A DNA stretch of 64,000 bases from assembly GCA_905178155.1 (NCBI GenBank), contig CAJINV010000002.1:1671216-1735215 (forward strand), read 5' to 3'. The notes beneath the pieces were generated by a model, which was given only the letters and a program-made list of their open reading frames with translations, ran no database searches and had not been told where the DNA came from. A program made the translations under genes and the position numbers. Origin of the DNA: Amoebophrya sp. A120. Lineage: Eukaryota > Protista > Dinoflagellata. Each line of letters opens with the position of its first letter. Within the stretch, counting starts at the first letter, position 1. Below, piece after piece: positions 30,101 to 42,100 of this stretch.

Positions 30101-33100
30101 AAAAGCTGTCCACTCTCGACCAAATTGAGAGGGACTGTCTCATGCAGAATAGGCATGATAGAGACCTCACAGAATCTGTCATGCTACGCTCTGCATTCCA
30201 CGTCTCATTGGTCATGGAAAACCTGCATGACAAATCTTCCATTCTTCCAGACCCAGACATTTTTGCATTTAATAACACCTATGCATCGCAAATTTATTGT
30301 CTGGGACGGGAAAGTTGTAATGCTAAAAGTGAATGATAGACGCACTGCAATACGCAGCTATGCATGACAAACTTTTTGGCTGCCATGTCTGACGTATTCC
30401 GCATGGCAAACTGCGTTTTTGCATGACAGGTAAGAGGGCCTTTTCGTGCCTATGCAACACAGATTCTCGATTCATGCCAGACAAGCATGACAAACTTCCA
30501 TTCTTCCAGACCCAGACATTTTTGCATTTGATAACACCTATGCATCGCAAATTTCTCTGGGTCGGGAAAGTTGTGATACTAATGTCCGAACGATACGCAA
30601 CCTGAATTACAGGGCCGCGCATGACAAGTTTCTGAGCGGCTAAGTCTAGCGTTTTATTAACCGCATGAGAAATCGCCTTTTCGCATGACAAACAAGTGAC
30701 GCTGTAGCACAACAAGCATGACAGACTTTTCTTTCTTGTCGGCCAAGCATGACAAACTTGCTCTCTTCCAGACCCAGATCGATACATGCAATGGATAACA
30801 CCATCGTAGTGGTGCTGGTCGTCGTACTCGTCGTGGTGATGGTAGTGGTCGTATCGAATGCAAAGATGTCTGGGTCTGGAAACTTGTAATGCTGAATGGC
30901 CATGATTGAACACGACCCTTCTTACTGGAGCTAAGCATGACCTAAACGTTTTGGACGTTTTCTGATGCGCCGTTGCGAGCATTACGAAACTGCGTTTTTG
31001 CATGAAGAAAAGGTCGCGCTTTTGTTCCTCATGCTGCAACACAGATTTTTACAGAAATGCAAGACCACAAGCAATACAAGTTCCACCACTTCTTTTCCAG
31101 ACCCACAAATTAATATTTGCAATGCATAGGTCGTCGTCGTGGTCGTCGTCGTGGTATTGTGAGGAAAGATCCCCCGCCCTCCCCATATTGAAAACGCATC
31201 CGGCCGAAAATTTGTGACGCAGATTTGCGACCGCAAATCCTGTCTGTCTTGCAAGAAGGCAACTCCAGAGAGTCCGCCTAATTATGCCGGCGGTTTGTAA
31301 TGCTGTTGGGCTTACAGCATAGGCTTTTGCCATGCCAGTCGCCTACGTCAAAACCTCTCTGCTGAGGCTTAGCATCCGCCTGCAGTCCTCTACTGCAAGA
31401 CAAATCTCCTACTTTGTGTACGCAAATCCAGCATCACAAATTTCGTTTTGGTACTATGGGGAGGGGGCATTTCTCCTGCTTTTGATATGTGGTTGTGACG
31501 AATACCAACTCCTTCGTCAGCTCGTATTCCAAACTCGTGCACCCGTTGGTTATGCCTTGCAAATATCCCTGGATCTTTGTAATGCTCGTCTGGCACGACG
31601 ATGACCCTGGGCTCTGTATTGTGTGGCCACGACGACCAAGAGTTCCACCTCTTGCCTGTCATGCAACAGCGTACTTAGTTTGTTCTCATGCAGAATTATA
31701 CGCAACTACACAGGTCCATCAGAAAACTTAAACTTGTCATGCTAGTACTTGGCTGCGCATAATTACAGTGTCATCTTCAACACTTTATCATATATTCTCT
31801 GACCAGCATCACAACTTTCCAGGCCCAGACATATTTGCATTCGATATCGGTGTAGCTGCTGCAGTCCCGCTTCCGCAGCTCGTGCTCGCTTTCCACCCGG
31901 GTTATTCTCAGGTTCACTTTGTACTGCGCAGACGGGGAGGTTTGCCGTTTCGTCCACACCGTGTTCGGGCCTGGGGCTGCGGTGGAGTTTGATGGGTCGG
32001 GGGTTGAAGATGACCCGGGATCGGGTTCGGATCCTGAATCTGGTGTGGACACGGTTAACCCTCGACGACGCGGCGGTGAAGAGGAACTGGCCGGATCATC
32101 CGGGGTGGACTTTGAAGAATTCGTAGTTGAAGTCGGGGCGGGAGTTGTGGTGGGCGTGTCCGAGAAATCCCAGGTGATTTCCAGACCCTCTTCCCCGTTT
32201 TCCCCGCCAACTTTGGTGATCATCCCCGTCCCAGTGGCCGGTTGAAAGTACATATTGTGAGGAAAAATCCCCTCTGCCCATATCGGACAGGAAATTTGGG
32301 ATGCTGGATTTGCGTACACAAATCAGTTTGTATTGCTAGAAGGGCAAGAGCCGCAGTTGCGGCCTTAATTGCAGGCAATTTGTCATGCTGTTCCCTACTT
32401 CCAGTTGCCTCCTGTCATGACATGAAGATGCAAGGCCTTCCCACGCCAGCCAGTACTACAGTTCCAATAGGCGTGGGCCTGCGGGCCTAAATTCCGGTGG
32501 GTTGGTCGGTTGGTTGGTTGGTTTTGGACAGACGACATTTGACCGAACCCGCTGCGTTGTGTTTAGCGTTTTTCTGAGATTCGTCTAGTATTACTGTTGA
32601 AGCTGCCTACCTACCCACCTACCTGGCGTCTTTTCGATTCATTGCAGTACCGCGATCGCACCGACCTACCTACCTACCTATTCCTTTGTTTCCATCCAGA
32701 GACAGCTGCCAACTGGTCACGCCTACCGACCTACCCACCCACCAGCCTGGTGGGTGGGTGGGGCGAGCGTGCGCTGCCTATTGGCCACACCTACCGGCCC
32801 ACCCACCCACCTTGCCGGTGAGTGGGTGGGGCGAGCGTGCGCTGCCCCTTGGCCACGCCTACCGACCTACCCACCCACCAGCCTGGTGGGTGGGTGGGGC
32901 GANNNNNNNNNNNNNNNNNNNNNNNNNNNNNNNNNNNNNNNNNNNNNNNNNNNNNNNNNNNNNNNNNNNNNNNNNNNNNNNNNNNNNNNNNNNNNNNNNN
33001 NNNNNNNNNNNNNNNNNNNNNNNNNNNNNNNNNNNNNNNNNNNNNNNNNNNNNNNNNNNNNNNNNNNNNNNNNNNNNNNNNNNNNNNNNNNNNNNNNNNN

Positions 33101-36100
33101 NNNNNNNNNNNNNNNNNNNNNNNNNNNNNNNNNNNNNNNNNNNNNNNNNNNNNNNNNNNNNNNNNNNNNNNNNNNNNNNNNNNNNNNNNNNNNNNNNNNN
33201 NNNNNNNNNNNNNNNNNNNNNNNNNNNNNNNNNNNNNNNNNNNNNNNNNNNNNNNNNNNNNNNNNNNNNNNNNNNNNNNNNNNNNNNNNNNNNNNNNNNN
33301 NNNNNNNNNNNNNNNNNNNNNNNNNNNNNNNNNNNNNNNNNNNNNNNNNNNNNNNNNNNNNNNNNNNNNNNNNNNNNNNNNNNNNNNNNNNNNNNNNNNN
33401 NNNNNNNNNNNNNNNNNNNNNNNNNNNNNNNNNNNNNNNNNNNNNNNNNNNNNNNNNNNNNNNNNNNNNNNNNNNNNNNNNNNNNNNNNNNNNNNNNNNN
33501 NNNNNNNNNNNNNNNNNNNNNNNNNNNNNNNNNNNNNNNNNNNNNNNNNNNNNNNNNNNNNNNNNNNNNNNNNNNNNNNNNNNNNNNNNNNNNNNNNNNN
33601 NNNNNNNNNNNNNNNNNNNNNNNNNNNNNNNNNNNNNNNNNNNNNNNNNNNNNNNNNNNNNNNNNNNNNNNNNNNNNNNNNNNNNNNNNNNNNNNNNNNN
33701 NNNNNNTTCGTTTGGGTTTTGATGTCGGGGATCTTGGTCTCAATCTCTAGGGTTGCAGTTGTTCTTGCTGGTCGTATTCTGCGAGCAATGGGGCAGGGAG
33801 TTCTGTACAGGCAAAAATCTTCCGTCCTTTGGCGCAAGATTTTTCCTGTTCAAGTTGTGTGCTTTTTTTCTTGATCGGCGCCAAGCACGGCCATGCCTGC
33901 CCATGATGCAAGCCGCGATAGATTTTGTTCGTCGGGAACGAACGTGTAATAAGCCGACACCTTCATCATGGCTGTATGATGATGAAGATGAATGTGCTTG
34001 GTCCAGGGAAGAACATGTTCATGAGCCTGATCATGAACATGTTCTTGGCTCTCTACCTGATCGTCAGTTGCTCCTCGCAGCTGCCGCAACTGACGTCGAC
34101 ATGGTAATTTTCGGCTTTGACACTTCTTCTAAAATGAAGTCTAAAGTTGCAAATTTGCAAAATCGTGTGCGATTTTGCCTATGTTGCAACTTTAGACAAA
34201 CTTTAGACAGACTGTAGAAGGACAACTGCCTGCAGCTGCAACACGTCCTGCGCCCCTACCCGGAAGGCGTGTCCCCATACTTCGTAAATTCGGTCAAATG
34301 TCGTCTGTCCAAAACCAACCAACCAACCGACCAACCCACCGGAATTTAGGCCCGCAGGCCCACGCCTACTCTACAGTTCGCATCTTTTGCCTTCTAGCAT
34401 GACAACGTCCTTGCGGTCACAAATCAGCATCAGAAATTTCCAGTTTGAGTATGTTGGGGAGGGGGGGTTTTTCCTTTCGATAGTACATTTGGGAAAGCGT
34501 CACGTTGTTAAACCCTTGCCGGTAGTCCATCCGTATACATTGCAAATATGTAGTCTGGGTCTTGAACAAGAGTGTGATGCTTTTTTTGCATCACACAGAA
34601 GGTCTGACATGCACCAAGGCCTAGCATCAACGGTTTTGAGAAAGATTCGCAATATACGCCTATCCACATGACAAATTAACGCTCTTTGGGTCGTGACAAG
34701 AAATGCGCAACTTTTGCGGTCCGAGCATGACAGATTTTTGTCTGGTCTGGAATACGCATCACAAGTTTTTTGTAACTTTCCATCCAGACCCAGACCGATA
34801 TTTGCAATGCATAATCCGAATGAAGCGGACTTGATTCTTGTGCACCGCGAAACACGTGTTCTCGTGCTGTGTGAAGACTAACTCCTGTTCCGTCCAATCA
34901 CTGCTGTTATGGCGACGTAACCTATCTCAGTCCTGCTGTCCCAGACGCCGGATAATTGCGCCACGTCGTCCTTACACATAGATCATACAGCTGTTGACCA
35001 GCTGAAGTGGAGTTTTTCAGGTTTGAGCGCTCTTATATAGTGCGTCAGGCCGCTTCTGCAATCGCTGTAAGCGGTGAAGCGGTGCTGGTGCTCGCTGTAA
35101 TATCAGCACGTTCCCTTATTTCTCCAGAAGCTCGGCAGGAGCGTGGTGGTCCCAGGTGAAAATAAAAGAGAGAGGAGAGGAGCGACAAGGACGAAACAGC
35201 GGTAAAAATCATGACGACCCAGTAGTCCTAGCGCTAGCACTAGCTTCACTGATGAAAACTGAAATCTCTGAAATTTCGGGAGCGCTGCACTCGCAGGATG
35301 CACCTGTTATTATTAACAGCTGGTAGATAGATAAATAAGATGTGAGTGCTTCGCGTGCGGTGGAGGTGGTTTCTGGTCCTTGTCGTGCCCCTGTTTCAAT
35401 TGCAACCAGCACGTCGTGTGGACAAATTTCCGCGTGCTCACCTGAGTGCAACATCTTCTTCCCCACGACCTCTTCCGACCATGGCGCCGATCGATTTGCG
35501 CACCGGCGCCTCTGCCGGTGGTCCAGATCCGATGGCAAATACGGTGTTGCCACCCAATGCTGCGAAAACACAGTCGCAGCAGCAGCAGCAACTGGGGCTA
35601 GCAGCAGGAGCGAATGCGAATGCTCCGCCAAAATCCCAACCCACTGCAGTCACGGTCAATATGAACCAGAAGCAACCGACGCCGACCGCAGCGCAGAAGA
35701 AGCAACCCAGGTGGTTCCACGCCGCGAATAACTACTTGAGTGCGCGGCACATGGCCATGCGGAAATTCTCTCTTTTGATGGAGAGAGTCAGGGAGAAAAA
35801 GTGGACCAATGAAAGGGCGCTGGAGGTAGGCATTTTTTCTGTAGTTTGCTGGTAGTTTAGTTGGTGGAGGGTTGGTTTCTCATGTGGTTGGTGGAGGGGT
35901 TGGTGGAGAGGTTGGTGGAGAGGTTGGTGGAGAGGTTGGTGGAGAGGTTGGTGGAGGGTTGGTCCTGCTGTCCCAGACGCCGGATAATTGCGCCAGAAGT
36001 TTAGGGAGGAAAACCGGGGGGACCGTGGTGAATCTATAAAATTTTTCTGGCGCTCTCATCCGGCCGGCCGATCAGACTGCGCAAGCTCTTGCAATATGCG

Positions 36101-39100
36101 GGGCCTCACAGCTTCGCACCGCGTGCGCCCTGCGCCCTCGCTGTCTGGCGGCGCGTGTGGTCCGTAATAGGGAGCGTCGGGGACTGGTGGCGAATGAATG
36201 GAGGGCCCCGGTCTGGCCACCTCGCCACCGGGCCCCACATGCGACTACTTGATTTGGAAGCGGAGGAGCGGGCCGAGTGGCCGGGGAGGAGCTCGGCGGG
36301 AGAGAGCGACGCACCACTTCGCGCTTCCGCTCGCGCGCGCTTCCTTGAGGCGGGCGGCCAGTTCGTCGCCGACGCCGAGTCCTCCCAGACTGGCCCGGGC
36401 GGCGCAACCCGGGCCAACCTGCGAGAACCCGGCAGAGGCCACGCCGGAATGTGTCGGCCGGGTCTGGGACTAATCTGGCGCAAATCTTTCACCTCGCACC
36501 GCTGTAATTCCGGCCGCTTCGGGGTCAAATCTGGCGAAAGTGTGCGGCTTCCAGATTTGGGCCAGATCGGGCCCCAGATTTGCCCCCATCCGGGGGGCCA
36601 ATCTGGGCAAAATCTGGCGAAAATCTTTCACGTCGCACCGCTGTAAATCTGGCCGCATCGGGTTCAAATCTGGGAAAAATCTGGAAAAATTATTTGGCCC
36701 CAGAAATGTCCCAGGTCGGACCCTTTCGGCAGTCCCTTCAAGCAAAGTCGCCGCCGGGCCCCCAGAGGGCCCCGCGCCATGGCGACATGTGTTGGGGCCA
36801 CCCTTGACGGCATTTTCTTCGCCACCAGCTGCTCCCGTGGCGGACGGCCACTGGCTGCCGGGCACTTCGCGCTCCTTGCCCCGGGGGCCACCAATGGACT
36901 CGCGCGCGCCCGTCAACCCTTAGCCGCGGGCGTGGAAAGCTTGGCGGCCACTCCAGGCATTTTGTGAAAAGCTGAGCTGGGGGATGCGGCATAACTTGCG
37001 CCCCGGCGCTGCGATCGCGGCGCGTGCCGCCTCCATAGGCACAAAGAAGACGGGTTGCGGAGGTGCCCTCGGCCGTTGCTAGGATGGGTGCCCAACCTGC
37101 TGAAGGCGAGAGGGGCGAAGGGGGATGGCGCAAAGAGCACCATGGCCGCTCTGCAATATCTGGAGGGCAAGTTGCCAGCCCGGAAAGCAGGAAGGTAGGC
37201 CGCAATGAGGATTGGCCCGGGGCGGATGAGAAGGCCGGAAAAATTTTAAAGATTCACCACGGTCCCCCCGGTTTTTCTCCCTAAGAAGTGCTACAACTAG
37301 TAGCAGCAAGAAAGCCATTCTCTCGCTTCGCTGCAGGGCCCGGCCCTGTCTGCTGCGCAACCGGGGGAAGGGGTGGCGGGAGTATTCCGAGACGGGGTTG
37401 TGTGGGGAAGAAGGCGAAAAGAAACAGGGGTTCCTGTATCGTAAGGAAAAATCCCCCCTGCCCATATCGATAAAGGCACGCCTCAGAAACTTTGTCCTGC
37501 TGATTTGTGACCACAAATCGCATCTGTGATGCAGGAAAGCAACGCCAGAGGGCAGGCTCCGCCCCATTGTGCAGGCGGTTTGTAATGCTCTCGGGCCTAC
37601 GGCATAGATAGACGTTCTTCATGCTAAGTGCCCAGGCCCGCCGAAGCCCCTCGACTCCGGCACGATATGGGCCTGCAGTCCTCTACTGCAAGACCGGTCT
37701 GATTTGTGTACAACCAAGAGGACGACCTCTATCGCCGGGAAAACAGAGAGTGGATTTTCGTCATCTACTTTCCGGAAGACGACCGCGCGGAGTAGTGCAG
37801 CAGCTTTGATTCGACCGGTGAGTACAACTTCCACACGACATCATGGACGACGAGAGAAAGGCGCGTCGCAAAGTGCTTCTTTTATTTCTCCGCCGGAGAG
37901 GCGCTTCCGGAAAAACAAAAATGGTGGTCGCAGGAGTACAACCACCTTGCTTCAGAAGAACAAAGTAAAGGCGTCAGTGAAGAAAACGATAACGTCCTCT
38001 TTGGCAGGTAGTACAAGAACAGCGCGGGAAAAATACAAAAATGGGATTGATGTACGGAGTGGTGGAGCTGACGATGCACATCAACATGCAGGCGAACCAG
38101 AGAAGCATGTCCTGCACGAAAACGACAAATCCGATAAGCAACCCCTGTTCGACCGCGTCGGAAACTTACCAAATGTAAAAATCCCTGGATGTCTGGAAGA
38201 ATCCGAACTTGTGACGCTGCATCTCCTGCTGTCGCATCAGGACGAGGCGGATAATTGCGCGCATGTCCAGTCCTGCTGTCCCAGACGCCGGATAATTGCG
38301 CGCAGTCTCAAAACGTTTTTACTTCAACTTGTGACAGATTTTATTTCTCATGCTGGCAAAATAAAAATTTGCAATGCATTTTATACGACGAGTACGATAT
38401 TTGCAATGCATGAGACAAGCAGGACGACGAGAGGCAAGAACAACCTCCACGTCCCGCACCTCCACCGCGCCGCAGACGACCCGTCCCCCGCCTGCCCTTC
38501 GGCACTGCGTATGCCAGCTTTGTCATCGGAAAACAGGCTATCGAGGAAGAGTACGCGGAGCTGGGAACCGTCCGGGGGATGAAGGTCGAGGAATACAACA
38601 AAACCACTGACAGTTACACGATTCTCAACAAAATCTTCCCGAGCGAAGTTTTGATCTCCGACAACAAACCGGAAAACTTCAAGACTGGGCTGAACCGCTT
38701 GCTCGAGACCCGTCGTCCTTCCACCGCTTGCTGAAGACCACATGTTCGTGGACATTGACGAGGAAGAAATGAGCGAGATTTTAACGAAAATGCCTCGACA
38801 ACCAGATCTTACCTCGAGGACCAGTAGCCTACAACGCCAGCAGCAGGAAAATAATCTTCATACAGCGACAGCTGGATCAGGATCGTCACAGCATCAAGAC
38901 CACGGGGGGAATACGAACACGAACGCCAGTACAACTACCCTCGACCCAAACAGCCCCGACACGGTTGTCTTCGCGACGGTCAGGGATGCTACCGGGAGAA
39001 CTTTCGACCTGATTTGCCACAAGGACGAACTGAAAGAGGATGAATTTCCACTGCAAAAGTTGTATCTGATACTCGTACGTAATTCTTGCAGCCATGCACC

Positions 39101-42100
39101 ACAAATGCAAATCCGGTACCCGATGCAGTCCTGCTGTCCCAGACGCCGGATACTATCTCAAACGAGTTTTTACTTCAACTAAGTGCGGATACTTCGGGAA
39201 GCTACTTTATCTGGCAAAGACATGAAGCTGAGTGGTTTTATTATCCGTTGCCGGGCAAATCAGCTGCATTCACAAAAGTTGTCGGGTCAACTGCTCCATC
39301 GAACAATCAAGACAAAAAGACAAGGCCAAGCACCCCCTGTCCTGTCCGGGGGGTGCTTTGCTTGAAGGGGGGCTCCGGAATAAAGGGCGTCGCCCGCAAG
39401 GGGTATACCGAAGGGGCATGGCAGTAATCACCTTCCACCGATGGCATGGCTCGCCAAAAAAGTGCGCACTTTTGAAGGCTTCCTCAGGGCCTGGGAAGAG
39501 GGTCCAAGAAGAGGTCACAGGTCGATGGCCGAAAGACAATGAAAACGGAGGGCAACAGGTCGACGCAGCAGGACCAGACGTGTTTGCTTCATGCAGCTAG
39601 TCTGTCGCGCAAAGACTCTGCGCATTATATGCATGCAGATCCGATGCTAGAGAGAGCACCTTCCTCATACAGCTATTCGAAGCTGAGGCAAAAAAAATTG
39701 AGATAGTTGGAGGCTGAGATAGGTTACGTCGCCATAGCTGTCCCAGACGCCGGACAATTGCGCGCAGTCAAGCTGGATCTGATTTTGCTCGGTCCCGGGG
39801 TAAGAACGGTGTGGACCAGCACCGGGTTGATTTGTGCCAGTAGTCGTATCACCACCAGCACCAGCTCCCTGCGCAAGCGACAACTGCCGGTTTCTTGCCC
39901 TCTCTACAAGCGCAACATCCTCGTCATACGTTTCTGGACTAGTTCCGCTTTGTATTCTCTTCAGCGCGGCTTTTTCCTGTTTCAGCATCCTCCGTTCCTC
40001 TTCTTCCTCAAGTGTTTCCGGCTGATTTTCGTTCGTGAACAAACTCCGTAGTCTTGACTGGTTGTTACTCGATTGGGACTTTATCCTTTTTATCATCAGC
40101 ATGATCTTCCCGTAATCGCCTAATTCCAACGCCGCATATCCTGAGTAAAAACGTCCCCACACCAGAGTTGTCATGCAGATTTGCCATGACAGGAACATTT
40201 GTGATGCGCAACCCCATGACAGGCATTTCCAATCGTGTTTGGGAACTTGTAATGCTGTAAACAGGATCAGCAGATCGATTTGTGATGCGGCTTTCCTTGC
40301 TAACTTGCACTACCTTACGGACTGAAACTTGTCATGCGTGACTCCCAAAACTCCTAGGTTTGTGTTGCAAAATCCACATCTTGACTCTGGTGTGGGTACG
40401 TTTTTACTCAGGATACCGCACAGTTGAACTTCATGTCGTCGGATGTGATCGCGAATTCCAGGACCGTATCAAATGCAAACATGTCTGGTTGTGAGAGGAA
40501 GCAAGGTTTGTCATGCACATTTTGCATGACTCCTGACGTCTGTGATGCATGCCCTAGCATCACAGATTTTGCGAGATCTTCCTGATGCCTATACCGCATT
40601 AGAAAAACCCTCTCGCCGTGGCAAACACTTCACCTCTTTAGCTGTTCATGCAATACAGATTTTCGTAGTATCCAAATGCAGCAGCACAAGTTATATCCTT
40701 CCAGACCCAGACATACTTGCAATGCATAGACCGCCTTCCGCAGCAACGACACCTCTGCGTAAGCATCCTATCCTGTGCAAAAGTATCGTACTCCTACTCG
40801 TATTGTAATCATGCATTACAAATCTCGTTCTCGAGGTAAATCAGCATTACAAATTAAATTTGTAATGCTGGGCTAATTTGTAATGCAATTTATAGTAGTA
40901 CGATACCTTTATTGCAATTCATACATCCGGCACCGTGCTGATGTCATTCTGGATGATCCACGGCTCCGGATCCGTCGGCATCAGCTCCGCCGTGCTGCTT
41001 GTCGCAAGAAAAAACTGCTTCACTGTGAACTTGTGATGCATAGGCTGGGACACAGATCTATTTGTCTTGCTACACGACCTGCAAGACATGGGATATAATC
41101 TAAGTGTGCTTTCTGTTAGGGAGGGCGCATGGCAAATTTTCTATGTCATGCATAGCAAACTTGTGATGCAAAACTTGCAAAAGTATCACAGTGAAACAGT
41201 TTTTCCTCACGATACTGCTCACCTGCTGGGACTGCAGCAAAATCTTCCCGTATCAAACAAAAAAAGTTGGTCACGATCACTCATGCGCAGTTTCGCAATA
41301 CAAAGGCCGCCTGTCATGCATCAACATGCATCACAGTCAAATTTCATATGCGATTCGCCTTGTGTTATTTCCGCAATACACGATAAAAGTTGTGATGCTA
41401 GAAAATTTCTGATGCAAAACTTGCAAAATAGTGACTGTGACAAACTTTCGTGTCCATATCCCGTTTTCATCCATCGTGTAGGTTTGACTCGGTCTTGGTA
41501 AATACGCCTGCGGGAGCCGTCGATGCGGGATGTTCTGGAAGTTCTGTTTACACCCCCCAGTCCCATACGTGTCAAACGTCCACGCCGGGTGTTTGCAGTT
41601 GCACTGGTAGCCCGGGTGGTTGTTGTTTTGTCCATACACAGAAGGATCCACATAGTTACAGCTGTGGTAGATGTCGAAAGAGCCGCATTTCGCTGCGGTG
41701 GCCGCGTTATCAAATGCAAAAATGTCTGGGTTTGGAAACTTGTGATGCAAAAAAGGGAGTAGTAAAGTCACTATAATGCGCTGCCAAGCATGACAAGTTT
41801 TTTCCATGGTTCTGAGTTGCGTACTCCGCATGAGAAACTGCGTTTTTGCATGACAGGGAGGGGGAGCTCTTCGCGGCCATGCAACACAGAGTTCAGAGTC
41901 ATACCAGACAAACATGACAAATCTCGCAATCTCCCAGACCCAGACATTTTTGCATTTGATACGCGTCGCAGGGACCCGAGGTTGGTTGCGGATTGGGGGT
42001 TGTGGTGGACGTGTCGACGGTTGAAGAGGTAGCACCGGTGAAAGAGAAGGACCAGAGATGAAGGAGGTGGTACAACACGGCCTTCACAGGTATTCGTCGT

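Larger units (their letters stand above)
34933..39152 (+). repeat. Five dispersed copies of CTGCTGTCCCAGACGCCGGATAATTGCGC(GCAGTC), a copy of the flanking exon
   Basis: Copies at 34933-34961, 35965-35993, 38226-38263 (degenerate), 38273-38307 and 39131-39152; the exon source is 39737-39769. Confidence 0.9.
34908..39736. mobile_element. Giant 4,829-bp introner (family I) with captured cargo
   Basis: Perfect 23-bp TIR TATGGCGACGTAACCTATCTCAG and DR GCTGT; removal restores GVWDS|SDWTEQELVF. Confidence 0.88.

Noticed and set aside
3391-31333. Many short ORFs containing MSGSGR, FQTQTFLHL, PDPDIFA or CKNVWVWK
   Set aside because: They are translations of introner TIRs, not proteins.
3587-31846. 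GTCTGGGTCTGGAA-type repeats separated by short unique segments, read as a CRISPR array
   Set aside because: The repeats are inverted pairs bounding 150-330 bp elements, the 'spacers' are in-frame exons, and there are no cas genes.
32686-33874. Long ORFs across the second N gap
   Set aside because: Artefacts of undetermined bases.
36001-36006. TTAGGG as a telomere or chromosome-healing site
   Set aside because: It is a single unit forming the terminus of a TIR that has its own TSD.
34933-39152. The 35-bp repeated motif as a spliced-leader relic or library adapter
   Set aside because: It does not resemble the dinoflagellate SL (CCGTAGCCATTTTGGCTCAAG) or adapters I know, the copies are diverged, and it matches the adjacent exon.
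34908-39736. The giant element as the autonomous transposase-encoding master copy
   Set aside because: No long ORF or DDE/recombinase motif is recognisable; the interior is a mosaic of fragments.
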